From Bellilinea caldifistulae (GTDB taxonomy: Bacteria > Chloroflexota > Anaerolineae > Anaerolineales > Anaerolineaceae), in assembly GCF_001306055.1 (NCBI RefSeq), contig NZ_LGHJ01000012.1:90001-122000 (forward strand): a stretch of 32,000 nt of DNA, read 5' to 3'. Every line of letters begins with the position of its first letter. The first letter of the stretch is position 1. The notes under the pieces are model-generated. The model did not search any database. It saw nothing but the letters and a program-made list of their open reading frames with translations, and had not been told where the DNA came from. This document shows positions 6,670-16,055 of the stretch, one piece after another. The translations under genes were made by a program, and so were the position numbers.

Positions 6670-6684
6670 GGTCAGAACGGCTAC

Positions 6685-6713
6685 ATTCTATCACGCCATG
6701 AAGCGCCTGTCAA
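6685..6713 (-). promoter_or_regulatory. Sigma-70-type promoter of tRNA-Glu
   Basis: The minus strand reads TTGACA-(17 nt)-TAGAAT, with the -10 ending 15 nt upstream of the mature tRNA 5' end. Confidence 0.7.
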
Positions 6714-6919
6714 TTAAACCAGCGATTTTTTTCCAACCCTTTGATCAAAATGGTCTATACTTATATGTGTTACTTGTCTCTCAATCGGGGGATGGGGTGA
6801 ATATTGGCGCAGTACGCTACCGGCGTCGCTTTGCTTGAAAAGATCTCAACAACCTCATCTCGCATTCGGGTGTACGCAAAAACGGGGAAAAAACCGACAC
6901 AACCACTGAGTCCACTCCC

Positions 6920-8350
6920 ATGAACATCGGCAGGAAAAACTCTCATCCCCATCCGACCGGGGAAAATCTGCTCGGCCAGATCACCCTCAACATGCGAGGG
7001 ATCTGGCAGCGCCAATCCCCCCGCCAGCAAGCCGGATTGTTGATTCTGGTGCTTGCCGCGTTGTTGCTTTCAACCCTGCCGCTTGCCAGCCTGGCGCTTT
7101 CCTTAAATCCCTATCTTCCGGTCATCGAGCGGGTTAGCGGACTGCTCGCCTCTCAACCCGGTTTTGAAGACAAACTCGCCGCCCTGGAACAATTCAAAAC
7201 CACCTTGCTGCCAGCCGACCTGGTTCAGTCCGTCAGTGAGCAGCTCATCCTGCCGGAGGAAAGCACGCCCGGCTTGTCCGACCCCACCCCAGAGCAACTG
7301 CAGACCAACACCCCTGACCGGCAGCAGCTTTCAGCAATCGCCCACTCGATTTTAACCCTGCAAAAGTCCTTCGAAATTCCGCTCAACACCCCTCAACTTG
7401 CGGTCTGGCTTCGTCAATTAAACAGCGAGGATGCGCTGCTCAGGCTGCAAGCCGTTGAAGGGATTTACCGCAATACCCCAGCCGTCTTGCGTAGATTGTA
7501 CGACGTTCGGCGTGCCAACCTGACTCTCATCCGTCAGATCAACAGTTTGACGGGCGACAACGGGTTGAATGCTTTTACCCTGAAACAGCCCATCTCTTCA
7601 CCGGTCAGTTCCTTGCCGGATTCAACCTACATCAGCTTAATCCGCTTAAGTCGCGCCTGCCAGTCGGTCGAAATTCAACTGGCTAACACCACCTACCTGC
7701 TCAATCAAATCTTTCAGGAAATTGAGCCGGTTTACCGTCAGGACCTCCTCTGGGGATTTTCCATCTGGCTGAAGGCAGCCGGCTGGATCTGGCAGCAACG
7801 AATGACCTTGCTCATCCTCTCCTTGGGGTTACTGGTGTGTTCCGGTTTGCTGTTATTTTGGCAGTCCTTGTCCAAAAATCTGCGGCCAGGCAGTCTGCTC
7901 GTTCGATTCGGCTTCCCCAGGGAAACTCCCCGTCCGCACGCCGAGAGCCGGAAAGCCGGCCATTCCTTTGCCGCACAAAGCAACTGGCTGGTGAATGACC
8001 TTGCCCGGAGGCATGGGGGAAAACCGCTGCAAATCTCGCGGAGGGGCAGCATCCAGCGTCCGCATCTGCTCATCCCCGTCAGCGGTAAAGCGCCGATTGA
8101 AAAGCCGCTGCCGGCCGATGGAATCGTGCGCATCGGGAACGACCCCGCTTTCCCGGTCAAGATTCCACTTTCCGGTGCGGAATATATCGAACTGTGGATC
8201 CGCAAGGCCAGGAAAGGGTATTATCTGGAAGTTATGTTCAGCGACATCCCGGTGTTGATCAATCAAGAACCGGTCAAATCTGCCCGCACGCTGAATGATG
8301 GAGATACCATCCAGATTCATGATAGCCTGCTCGTATTTCGAGAGCGCTGA
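6920..8350 (+). CDS. Membrane protein with a C-terminal FHA-like domain
   Basis: 476 aa. TM helices are at LLILVLAALLLSTLPLASLAL and LLILSLGLLVCSGLLLFW. The C-terminus IVRIGNDPAFPVKIPLSGAEYIELWIRKARKGYYLEVMFSDIPVLINQEPVKSARTLNDGDTIQIHDSLLVFRE follows the FHA pattern, with degenerate GR/S..H positions. The start is uncertain; ATG 6992 (MRGIWQ...) is an alternative. Confidence 0.6.
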   Translation: MNIGRKNSHPHPTGENLLGQITLNMRGIWQRQSPRQQAGLLILVLAALLLSTLPLASLALSLNPYLPVIERVSGLLASQPGFEDKLAALEQFKTTLLPADLVQSVSEQLILPEESTPGLSDPTPEQLQTNTPDRQQLSAIAHSILTLQKSFEIPLNTPQLAVWLRQLNSEDALLRLQAVEGIYRNTPAVLRRLYDVRRANLTLIRQINSLTGDNGLNAFTLKQPISSPVSSLPDSTYISLIRLSRACQSVEIQLANTTYLLNQIFQEIEPVYRQDLLWGFSIWLKAAGWIWQQRMTLLILSLGLLVCSGLLLFWQSLSKNLRPGSLLVRFGFPRETPRPHAESRKAGHSFAAQSNWLVNDLARRHGGKPLQISRRGSIQRPHLLIPVSGKAPIEKPLPADGIVRIGNDPAFPVKIPLSGAEYIELWIRKARKGYYLEVMFSDIPVLINQEPVKSARTLNDGDTIQIHDSLLVFRER

Positions 8351-8440
8351 TCGAGAGTGGTTATTTTTATCACTAACAAAATAATCCCGAATTGGCTACA
8401 ATAAATTAGCCATCCCCAGTCAGAAAATCAGGAGGAATTC

Positions 8441-10531
8441 ATGCAGCACGGCTTAAAATCCTTCTTCGCGCCGCGCGGCGTTGCCATTATTGGCGCATCG
8501 GCCACACCCAATAAATTAAGCTACGGCATCCTTCGTAACATGACCCTGTATGGCTATCAGGGACAGATTGCCCCGGTCAACCCCAAAGCCGATCAAATTC
8601 TCGGTTTGAAGTGTTACCCGGATATTACCTCCGTTCCCGACCCGCTGGATCTGGCTGTGATCGTCTTGCCGGCCCCGGCTATTCCCGCCACCCTGGAAGC
8701 CTGCGGCCAGCGCGGCATTCGGGCCGTGATCATCATTTCCGGCGGCTTCAAGGAGGTGGGCGAGCAAGGGGCAGCCCTGGAAAGACAGATTTTGGAAATT
8801 GCCTCCCGCTATCAAATGCGGTTGATCGGCCCGAACTGTGTCGGTACGCTCGATTTGTATTCCGGGTTGAACACCACCTTCATTCAAGGCGTGCCCGAAC
8901 GGGGTGGCATCGGTTTTATCTCCCAATCGGGGGCTGTTGGCGGTGGAGTGGTAGATTACATCCGGGACAAGTTCATCGGTTTTGCCAATTTTGCCAGTCT
9001 CGGAAACGAAGCCGACATCACCGAAACGGACGTCATCGAATACCTGAGTGAAGAAGAGCATACCCGCGTCATCGCCGTATATGTGGAGATGATTCGCGAT
9101 GGTCAGCGGTTTATGCAGGCAGCCCGGCGGGTCACCCCGCAAAAACCGATTGTTCTGCTGAAAGCCGGACGCACCGGCGCAGGTGCGCGGGCGGTTTCCT
9201 CACACACCGGTTCACTGGCGGGTTCCCATGCCGCCTATCGGGCCGCCTTTCAGCAATCTGGCGTCATCGAAGCCCAAACGGTCAGCGACCTGTTCGATAT
9301 TTCCATGGCACTTGCCCATCAGCCTCTGCCCCAAGGTAATCGGGTTGCGATCATTACCAACGCCGGAGGGCCAGCAGCCCTGCTCTCCGACAGCCTGGCA
9401 GAAAACGGTTTGCAAATTGCCGATCTGGAAGAACACACCCGCTCGGCGCTGCGCGGGCGGCTTAACCCGGCCGCTCAGGTTGCCAACCCAATTGACATGC
9501 TTGGCGGGGCTGAGCCGCCGGAGTACGAATTCGCCCTGCAGCAAGCCCTCGCCGACCCCAATGTGGATGCGGCGGTGGTCATCCTCGTACCGCAGGCTCT
9601 GGTTAACCCACTGGAAGTAGCCGAAAAGATTATTCATGTCAGCGGTTCCCGCCAAAAACCGGTGCTGACCTGTTTCATGGGTGAATGGAGTGTACAACAA
9701 GCCCGCCAGCGATTGCACAGCAGTGGCATTCCAATGTACGTCTTCCCGGAAATTCCCGGGCGAGTCTTGGGCGCCATGCTCCAATATGCACGCTGGCGGC
9801 AGCAGTCGGAATTTGAAGCCGCCCAATTCAATGAATTTGACCGCGCCGCAGCCGCCCAAATTTTAGGCCAGGCTGGCGGGCAGGAGGCCCTCGGTGAGGC
9901 TCAAACCCGCCCGCTGTTCGAGGCTTACGGCATCCCGCTGGTTGCCGGTCAAGCCGCCCACAGCCCTGAAGAAGCCGCTGAGGCTGCTCGCCGGCTCGGA
10001 TTTCCGGTCGCCCTCAAAATCATTTCCCCGGATATCCTGCACAAATCGGATTTTGGCGGAATCCGCCTGAATCTGAACGATCCGCAGGAGGTCAGAACAG
10101 CCTATCAGGAAATGATGGAAAGCATCGCCAACCGCCTGCCCCAGGCACGCCTTGAAGGGGTGCTGGTCGAGCGGATGGCGGACAAAGGGCAGGAAGTCAT
10201 CATCGGCATGCGCCGCGACCCCAATTTTGGGCCGCTGATCATGTTCGGGCTGGGGGGTGTTTATGTGGAATTGTTTGGGGATGTATCCTTCCGGGTTGCC
10301 CCCCTCACCCGCCGCGAGGCGCTGGACATGATTCACCAGACTCATGCCGGAAAACTGCTCAGCGGCTTTCGTGGAGAAGAACCCTATGATTTGCAGGCCG
10401 TGGTGGATGTCATCCTGCGCCTCAGTCAGCTGGCATTGGACTTTCCCCAAATTGCTGAAATGGAAATCAATCCGTTGCGGGTCTTCCGGCAGGGCGCGCT
10501 TGCGCTGGATGGGCGGATCATTCTTTCCTGA
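8441..10531 (+). CDS. ADP-forming acetyl-CoA synthetase / acetate-CoA ligase (fused alpha-beta, NDP-forming acyl-CoA synthetase family)
   Basis: 696 aa. It contains an N-terminal CoA-binding region (PRGVAIIGAS...KLSYGILRNM), a succinyl-CoA-synthetase-like ligase-CoA domain (SQSGAVGGG, HTGSLAG) and a C-terminal ATP-grasp (FPVALKIISPDILHKSDFGGIRLNL). No GNAT domain, so it is not Pat-type. AGGAGG SD. Confidence 0.85.
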   Translation: MQHGLKSFFAPRGVAIIGASATPNKLSYGILRNMTLYGYQGQIAPVNPKADQILGLKCYPDITSVPDPLDLAVIVLPAPAIPATLEACGQRGIRAVIIISGGFKEVGEQGAALERQILEIASRYQMRLIGPNCVGTLDLYSGLNTTFIQGVPERGGIGFISQSGAVGGGVVDYIRDKFIGFANFASLGNEADITETDVIEYLSEEEHTRVIAVYVEMIRDGQRFMQAARRVTPQKPIVLLKAGRTGAGARAVSSHTGSLAGSHAAYRAAFQQSGVIEAQTVSDLFDISMALAHQPLPQGNRVAIITNAGGPAALLSDSLAENGLQIADLEEHTRSALRGRLNPAAQVANPIDMLGGAEPPEYEFALQQALADPNVDAAVVILVPQALVNPLEVAEKIIHVSGSRQKPVLTCFMGEWSVQQARQRLHSSGIPMYVFPEIPGRVLGAMLQYARWRQQSEFEAAQFNEFDRAAAAQILGQAGGQEALGEAQTRPLFEAYGIPLVAGQAAHSPEEAAEAARRLGFPVALKIISPDILHKSDFGGIRLNLNDPQEVRTAYQEMMESIANRLPQARLEGVLVERMADKGQEVIIGMRRDPNFGPLIMFGLGGVYVELFGDVSFRVAPLTRREALDMIHQTHAGKLLSGFRGEEPYDLQAVVDVILRLSQLALDFPQIAEMEINPLRVFRQGALALDGRIILS

Positions 10532-10561
10532 TTATCCGCTTCGGCTACAGGTGTTTAAAGC

Positions 10562-10591
10562 GCTGAGCCGTCCATCTAAGGACGGCTCAGC
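10562..10591 (+). terminator. Stem-loop terminator after the acetyl-CoA synthetase gene
   Basis: GCTGAGCCGTCC-ATCTAA-GGACGGCTCAGC is a perfect 12-bp stem 31 nt after the stop codon. The tail is only weakly U-rich (ATTCC). Confidence 0.55.
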
Positions 10592-10862
10592 ATTCCAAAC
10601 CCAACCCGCGGCTTCCCATTTTTCACCGCTTCACCCAGGAGGAGCAATTGGCAATTGAACCAACTACACCTCTATTTTACGAAGAGGGTGGCGATCAGGG
10701 AAGAGACCCTCGACGCTTGTACAAGGTTTTCCGGGTAAATCAGACCATACATTAAAAAAAACCTCCACACAGGCAAATAAACCTCCCCGAATGACGGGCG
10801 TAAAAATCTTCACAAACCGGTATAATCTCTGAGCAAGTTTCTGAAATTGAAAGCGTGAAAGA

Positions 10863-13800
10863 TTGAACTTCCGAAATTTTCTACGCGGTTTGATTTTCCT
10901 GCTGGTGTCCATTGTCTCATTGGGGACGCCAGCATACCCCGCTCAAGCGTACACCGGTCAGATCCGCTTCGATCATCTGACGGTTGAAGACGGTCTTTCG
11001 CAAAGTTCTGTTTGGGCAATTGTTCAGGACCGGCAGGGTTTCCTCTGGTTTGGCACCGAGGAAGGGCTGAACCGCTACGACGGTCTTGGTTTTGAAATCT
11101 TCAAACACGACCCTCAAAACCCGAACAGCCTGCAATCGAACGTTATTTCCAGCCTGTACCTTGACCGCAGCGGCGACCTGTGGATTGGCACCACCAGCGG
11201 TCTGGATCGCTATCGCATCAGCCAGAATGAATTCGATCACTACCCGCTGGTTGAAATCGGCCAGGCTGGCTTATGGGGCAGCACGATTGAAGCCGTGTTA
11301 CAAGATGAACACGGCATTCTTTGGGTGGCAACCCAGGCCGGCGGGTTGAACCGCCTCAACCCCGCAAACGGAGAAATTCTCCACTTCATGCCGGTTGAAA
11401 ACGACCCCAAAAGCCTGCCCAGTCGGGATGTTTACGACCTTGCTCCTGATGGATTGGGCGGTTTGTGGCTGGCAACCGATGGGGGTTTGAGCCATTACGA
11501 CCCGACCAGCGGCTATTTCACGCATTATCGTTACAACCGCTTCAACCCCTACTCGCTCAGCGATAATCGCTGCCGTTCGCTTTTCGTTGACCATGAGGGA
11601 ACTTTATGGATTGGCACGGAGCGCGGCGGCTTGAATCGGATGATTTCGGCAACCGGACGATTCGAGCGCTACCAGAACGACCCCGATGATCCGGCTTCTT
11701 TGATTTCCAATCAGGTGTTCGATATTCTTCAGGACGAGCGGGGAGTTATTTGGGTTGCCACCCGCGAGGGAATCAGCCTGCTGCAACCGGGCAGCACCCA
11801 ATTCAGCCACCTTCGCAAAGACCGTAACGACTCTGCCAGTTTAAACAACAACGTGGTCACTGCCCTTTATGAAGACCGCGGCGCGGTGATGTGGGTGGGG
11901 ACATTTGGCGGGGGTGTCAATCGGTTTGCACCTTTCGCCAATAAGTTTCAGCGCTACACCCAGCGCCCCGGCGACCTCTCCAGTCTGAGCGACAGCACAG
12001 TTTTCGCCATCAGCCAGACGCCGGATGGGACAATCTGGATTGGCACGCTTTCCGGTGGTCTGAACCGCTTGGAACGAGAAAGCGGGCGGATGCGTTACTA
12101 CTATCACCTGCCAAACAACCCGGAAAGCATTGCCAGCAACGATATTCGCGCATTGTTCACCGATCACACAGGCACACTCTGGATTGGCACAGCCAACGCC
12201 GGCGTTGACCGGTTCGACCCCGTAACCAACTCCTTCATCCACTATATGCTGGATCCACAAAACCGCAATCAAACGGCTCAGTATTCCATTACCACCTTCT
12301 TCGAAGACTCCCAGATGCGGCTTTGGGTGGGCACCCGAGGTTATGGATTCCACCGCTTTGAACCCGAAAGCCAGACCTTCGTGCGTTACACACTTCCATC
12401 TGCGAACAATTCCGCTCAATTGATACGGTCAATCCGCGAAGATGAAAACGGCTACCTGTGGATTGCCACATATGACGGCGTTTTTGTCTTTGATCCGCGC
12501 ACGGAACAATTCGTCCGCCAATACCACGCCGGGGATCGCCAGAACGGTTCACTTTCGTCGAATACCGTCCTCAGCATGTATCTTCAAGATGAAGAGACGG
12601 CCTGGTTCGGCACATGGAGCGGCGGTTTGAACCGGCTTGACCGTCAAACCGGCGTCTTCACCGTCTTCACCGAGAAGGACGGCCTCGCCAATGACACCGT
12701 CTATGCCATCCTGCCCGATTCGAGCGGTAATTTGTGGCTAAGCACCAACCGCGGACTTTCGCGTTTCGATCCGGTGACCCGCAACTTTCGGAATTATGAT
12801 GTCAGTGATGGACTGACCGGCAACGAATTCAACGCCGGGGCAGCCTTTATATCCCCTCAGGGAGAATTCTTTTTCGGCGGCGTCAACGGAATGATCAGTT
12901 TTTACCCCGATCAAGTTAAGGATAATCCCTTCCCGCCGCCGGTCATAATCCGTTCCTTCTCTCTCTACAATCAGGTTGAGCGGACAAACCTGCCGGATGG
13001 CGAAACCATCTCATTGAGTTATCGGGACACCTTCATCAGTTTTGAATTTGCCGCCCTTGACTTTACCGCCCCGCACAAAAATCGGTTTGCCTACAAACTG
13101 GAAGGTTTCGACAGTGACTGGAATGATTTGGGCAATCGCAATTTTGTGACCTTCACCAATCTGCGCGGCGGCGATTATGTCCTGCGGGTCAAAGCCGCCA
13201 ACAATGACGGAGTCTGGAATGAAGCGGGCATTGCCGTAAATCTTCAGGTAACTCCCCCGTTTTACACACGCGGCTGGTTCATCCTGCTCAGCGGGCTGGG
13301 CGTGCTGGGACTGGTTTATGCCGGTTACCGCTTACGCCTGCAGCGGGTCGAAAGCCAGAAACGCGCCCTGGAACAGATCATCCTGGAACGCACCCACGAA
13401 ATTGAGCGCCGCCGAGAAGTTGCCGAGGGCCTGCGCGAAATCATCGCCATCCTGAATACCAACCAGTCCCTCCAGGAAAGCCTGGATTACATCATCCATC
13501 AGGCTCTCCAATTGGTAAATGCCCGCCATGCGCTGATTTTTTACCACCCTCCCGGTGAGCCGCCTCAGGAAATGGCCGGAGAACTGCCCCCGAACCTGCA
13601 AGCCTACGCGGCTTTGGTGGAAGAAACCCTCAAAGGACAGATCACCTTAATCAAGGACATGCGCGAGTACCGCCAGCAGCATCCCCGAAAAGCCTTGTTC
13701 CCCGGCGAAAATGGGGCTTTGCTGGCCATTCCTCTTGCAAGCGGTGATCATGTGGATGGCGGGTTGATCCTTTCCTTTTCTCAACCGGGGGCTCTCTCCG

Positions 13801-14498
13801 AAGAAGATTATAAAACCGCCCTGACGCTTGCCGATCAGGCTGCCCTGGCCATCGGCAATGCCAATTTACGCCGGCAGGCAGAGGAACTGGCCAAAATCAG
13901 CGAGCGCAGCCGAATCGCCCGCGACCTGCATGACGCCGTGACCCAGACCCTGTTTGCCAGCACGCTGATTGCCGATGTGCTGCCCCGCCTCTGGCAGCGT
14001 AATCCCCAGGAAGGCCTGCGCAGGTTGGAAGAACTACGCCTGCTCAGTCGTGGCGCCCTGGCGGAGATGCGTTCCCTGCTGGTGGAATTACGCCCCGGCT
14101 CACTGTTGGAGGCCGACTTGTCGGAGTTGATTCAGCAATTGTGTGATGCATTCACCAGCCGTACCCGGCTTCAAATCACCTGCAGCATTCAACCGGTGGC
14201 AAAGCAGCCCGCCGATGTGCAAATTGCCTTTTACCGCATCGCTCAGGAAGCCCTGAACAACATCGCCCGCCACGCTCACGCCCAACGGGTAGGAGTAGAT
14301 CTTATCCATGATGGAGACAGCCTGAGGTTGACCATACGCGATGACGGCCACGGCTTTGACCAGCACAACGTACCACCGGCTCATTTTGGGCTGGAAATTA
14401 TGCGGGAGAGAGCCCTGTCCATCAAAGCCGACCTGCAAGTCCAAAGCGCACCTGGGAAGGGCACCTGCATCCGCCTGACCTATCGGTACGCCAAATAG
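10863..14498 (+). CDS. Sensor histidine kinase: signal peptide, two-component-regulator propeller repeats, Y_Y_Y domain, TM, GAF, HisKA_3, HATPase_c
   Basis: 1211 aa with a TTG start. There are many repeats of the type LWIGT..GLNRY/F. A Y_Y_Y-like segment reads YKLEGFDSDWNDLGNRNFVTFTNLRGGDYVLRVKAANNDGVWN, and a TM helix reads WFILLSGLGVLGLVYAGY. A GAF-like region follows. The HisKA_3 H-box is RSRIARDLHDAVTQTLF, and the ATPase has an N-box (QEALNNIARHA) and a G-box (DDGHGF). No response regulator gene is adjacent. Confidence 0.85.
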   Translation: MNFRNFLRGLIFLLVSIVSLGTPAYPAQAYTGQIRFDHLTVEDGLSQSSVWAIVQDRQGFLWFGTEEGLNRYDGLGFEIFKHDPQNPNSLQSNVISSLYLDRSGDLWIGTTSGLDRYRISQNEFDHYPLVEIGQAGLWGSTIEAVLQDEHGILWVATQAGGLNRLNPANGEILHFMPVENDPKSLPSRDVYDLAPDGLGGLWLATDGGLSHYDPTSGYFTHYRYNRFNPYSLSDNRCRSLFVDHEGTLWIGTERGGLNRMISATGRFERYQNDPDDPASLISNQVFDILQDERGVIWVATREGISLLQPGSTQFSHLRKDRNDSASLNNNVVTALYEDRGAVMWVGTFGGGVNRFAPFANKFQRYTQRPGDLSSLSDSTVFAISQTPDGTIWIGTLSGGLNRLERESGRMRYYYHLPNNPESIASNDIRALFTDHTGTLWIGTANAGVDRFDPVTNSFIHYMLDPQNRNQTAQYSITTFFEDSQMRLWVGTRGYGFHRFEPESQTFVRYTLPSANNSAQLIRSIREDENGYLWIATYDGVFVFDPRTEQFVRQYHAGDRQNGSLSSNTVLSMYLQDEETAWFGTWSGGLNRLDRQTGVFTVFTEKDGLANDTVYAILPDSSGNLWLSTNRGLSRFDPVTRNFRNYDVSDGLTGNEFNAGAAFISPQGEFFFGGVNGMISFYPDQVKDNPFPPPVIIRSFSLYNQVERTNLPDGETISLSYRDTFISFEFAALDFTAPHKNRFAYKLEGFDSDWNDLGNRNFVTFTNLRGGDYVLRVKAANNDGVWNEAGIAVNLQVTPPFYTRGWFILLSGLGVLGLVYAGYRLRLQRVESQKRALEQIILERTHEIERRREVAEGLREIIAILNTNQSLQESLDYIIHQALQLVNARHALIFYHPPGEPPQEMAGELPPNLQAYAALVEETLKGQITLIKDMREYRQQHPRKALFPGENGALLAIPLASGDHVDGGLILSFSQPGALSEEDYKTALTLADQAALAIGNANLRRQAEELAKISERSRIARDLHDAVTQTLFASTLIADVLPRLWQRNPQEGLRRLEELRLLSRGALAEMRSLLVELRPGSLLEADLSELIQQLCDAFTSRTRLQITCSIQPVAKQPADVQIAFYRIAQEALNNIARHAHAQRVGVDLIHDGDSLRLTIRDDGHGFDQHNVPPAHFGLEIMRERALSIKADLQVQSAPGKGTCIRLTYRYAK

Positions 14499-14546
14499 GG
14501 TTATAATTCAGGTCAACCCACAACCACCGACCCAAAAGTCTCACCA

Positions 14547-14978
14547 ATGGAAATTTTTAACGTTGGATTTGGCGAATTACTGTTTATCTTCCTGCTGGCC
14601 TTGATTTTGCTGGGGCCGGAAGGGATGAAAAAAGCCGGCCTGACCATCGGCAAAGGTGTGCGCGCCATCATTCGTTCGCCATTTTGGAAAATTTTTATGG
14701 ATACCACCCGCGAAATCCGCGAAATGCCAACCATCCTGGTTCGAGAAGCGGGGCTGGAAGAATTTAACGAAAAAACCCGCAAATCCTTGCGGGAGTTTTC
14801 AGAGGAATTGCCTCAAGAGAGCCAACTCACCGAGGCAGATTTTCAACAATTAGACCCGCGCCTGCGGCCGATCCCATGGGACGCCAAACCGTCCTCCTCC
14901 AACCCTCCTTCACCGGCTGATGCGTCTGAGCAGCCGGCCGAAAGATCCACACCCCCCTCTGACGAAAGTCAGGGCTGA
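14547..14978 (+). CDS. Twin-arginine translocase TatB-like (TatA/B family) protein
   Basis: 143 aa. MEIFNVGFGELLFIFLLALILLGPEGMKKAGLTIGKGVR is the TatA/B N-terminal TM plus hinge plus amphipathic helix. The long acidic and Pro-rich tail is typical of TatB. Confidence 0.75.
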   Translation: MEIFNVGFGELLFIFLLALILLGPEGMKKAGLTIGKGVRAIIRSPFWKIFMDTTREIREMPTILVREAGLEEFNEKTRKSLREFSEELPQESQLTEADFQQLDPRLRPIPWDAKPSSSNPPSPADASEQPAERSTPPSDESQG

Positions 14979-14996
14979 GAGGGAAAATCCCCTCTC
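14977..14996. terminator. Short hairpin shared by the convergent tatB-like and tatA genes
   Basis: GAGAGGG-AAAATC-CCCTCTC overlaps both stop codons. The stem is only 7 bp and there is no U-tract. Confidence 0.25.
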
Positions 14997-15174
14997 ACTC
15001 CGTATCGCTTTTATCCCTGTCTGGCTGTTCTTCTTCGCCTTTCAAACCTTCCCGAAAGGCGCGGATACCACTGCCTAACTCTTTGGCAATTTTAGAAATT
15101 CGTCCCACTCCAAACAGCAGCAGCACAATCACCAGAACGACAAGTAATTCCCAACCGCTGAAATTCCGAATCAT
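14995..15174 (-). CDS. tatA: Twin-arginine translocase subunit TatA (59 aa; below the ORF-track length cut-off)
   Basis: My translation is MIRNFSGWELLVVLVIVLLLFGVGRISKIAKELGSGIRAFREGLKGEEEQPDRDKSDTE. It shows the TatA/E signature (TM helix, FG hinge, amphipathic helix). AAGGAG SD 8 nt upstream. It lies 41 nt downstream of tatC. Confidence 0.85.
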   Translation of the reverse strand: MIRNFSGWELLVVLVIVLLLFGVGRISKIAKELGSGIRAFREGLKGEEEQPDRDKSDTE

Positions 15175-15215
15175 CTCTCACGCTCCTTCTTCCTGAATTC
15201 TAACACAAAAAACGA

Positions 15216-15986
15216 TCATTTCTCCGCCCCGGCAGGCCTTGCAATTTTAGCCATAAGAATACTCAATCCGTATAGCACCAACAGCGGGATCATCAACAGT
15301 CCCATGTTGACCGGGTCGGGAGTCGGAGTAACGAAAGCCGCCAGCACAGCAATGACCACCACTGCAATCCGCCATTGCTTAGCCAGTACCTCCGCCGTCA
15401 CCAATCGGAAACGCGCCATTAGATATACTGCCAGCGGCGTTTCAAAGCTGACCCCAATCCAGAACAACAAACCGGTAACAAAGCTGAAATAATTGGATAA
15501 ACGCGGTGTGGTGGTAATACCGATAAAACTGATCAAAAAGGGCAAAGCCGCCGGTAGCATCACAAAATAGGCAAACAACACACCGCTGACGAATAAAAGG
15601 GTGGCAAACGGAATGGCTATCAGCAAACCACGCCATTCGTGATCTTCCAGTGCCGGACGAATGTAAGCCAACGCTTCATACAAAATGTAAGGAAAGGCCA
15701 GGATAAAACCGCCCAACAGCGAAACCCGCATAAAAACCGAAACATTTTCGGTGACTTCAATCGAAATCAGCCGGTCAATTCCCCCAATCGGGTAGGCGAG
15801 AATGGCGATCAGTCGCTCGCCAAAGGCAAAACAGATCAATACCGCAACAATCATCGCCAGCAGCCCGCGCAGCAAACGCTGACGTAATTCATTGAGATGT
15901 TCCGGGATGGTCAAATCCGCCCGGTTGACCTTCTTCTTAGGAGGAAGGGGCGGTTTTACGCCTCTTTTTTTACCGAATTTCAACAT
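15216..15986 (-). CDS. tatC: Twin-arginine translocase subunit TatC
   Basis: 256 aa. LTIPEHLNELRQRLLRGLLAMIVAV... is followed by six predicted TM helices, matching the TatC family pattern. Confidence 0.85.
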   Translation of the reverse strand: MLKFGKKRGVKPPLPPKKKVNRADLTIPEHLNELRQRLLRGLLAMIVAVLICFAFGERLIAILAYPIGGIDRLISIEVTENVSVFMRVSLLGGFILAFPYILYEALAYIRPALEDHEWRGLLIAIPFATLLFVSGVLFAYFVMLPAALPFLISFIGITTTPRLSNYFSFVTGLLFWIGVSFETPLAVYLMARFRLVTAEVLAKQWRIAVVVIAVLAAFVTPTPDPVNMGLLMIPLLVLYGLSILMAKIARPAGAEK

Positions 15987-16055
15987 GCCATTTCTCTGAA
16001 TCCGTGCAAGGGAGTGAACAGGCTTGTTCGGGGCGGTCGAGATTCAATCTGGCGG

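Noticed and set aside
5847-6919. Integrase, prophage or island cargo next to the tRNA
   Set aside because: No integrase, excisionase or phage-like ORF is visible on either side of the tRNA in this window. The att-like copies bracket only 38 bp.
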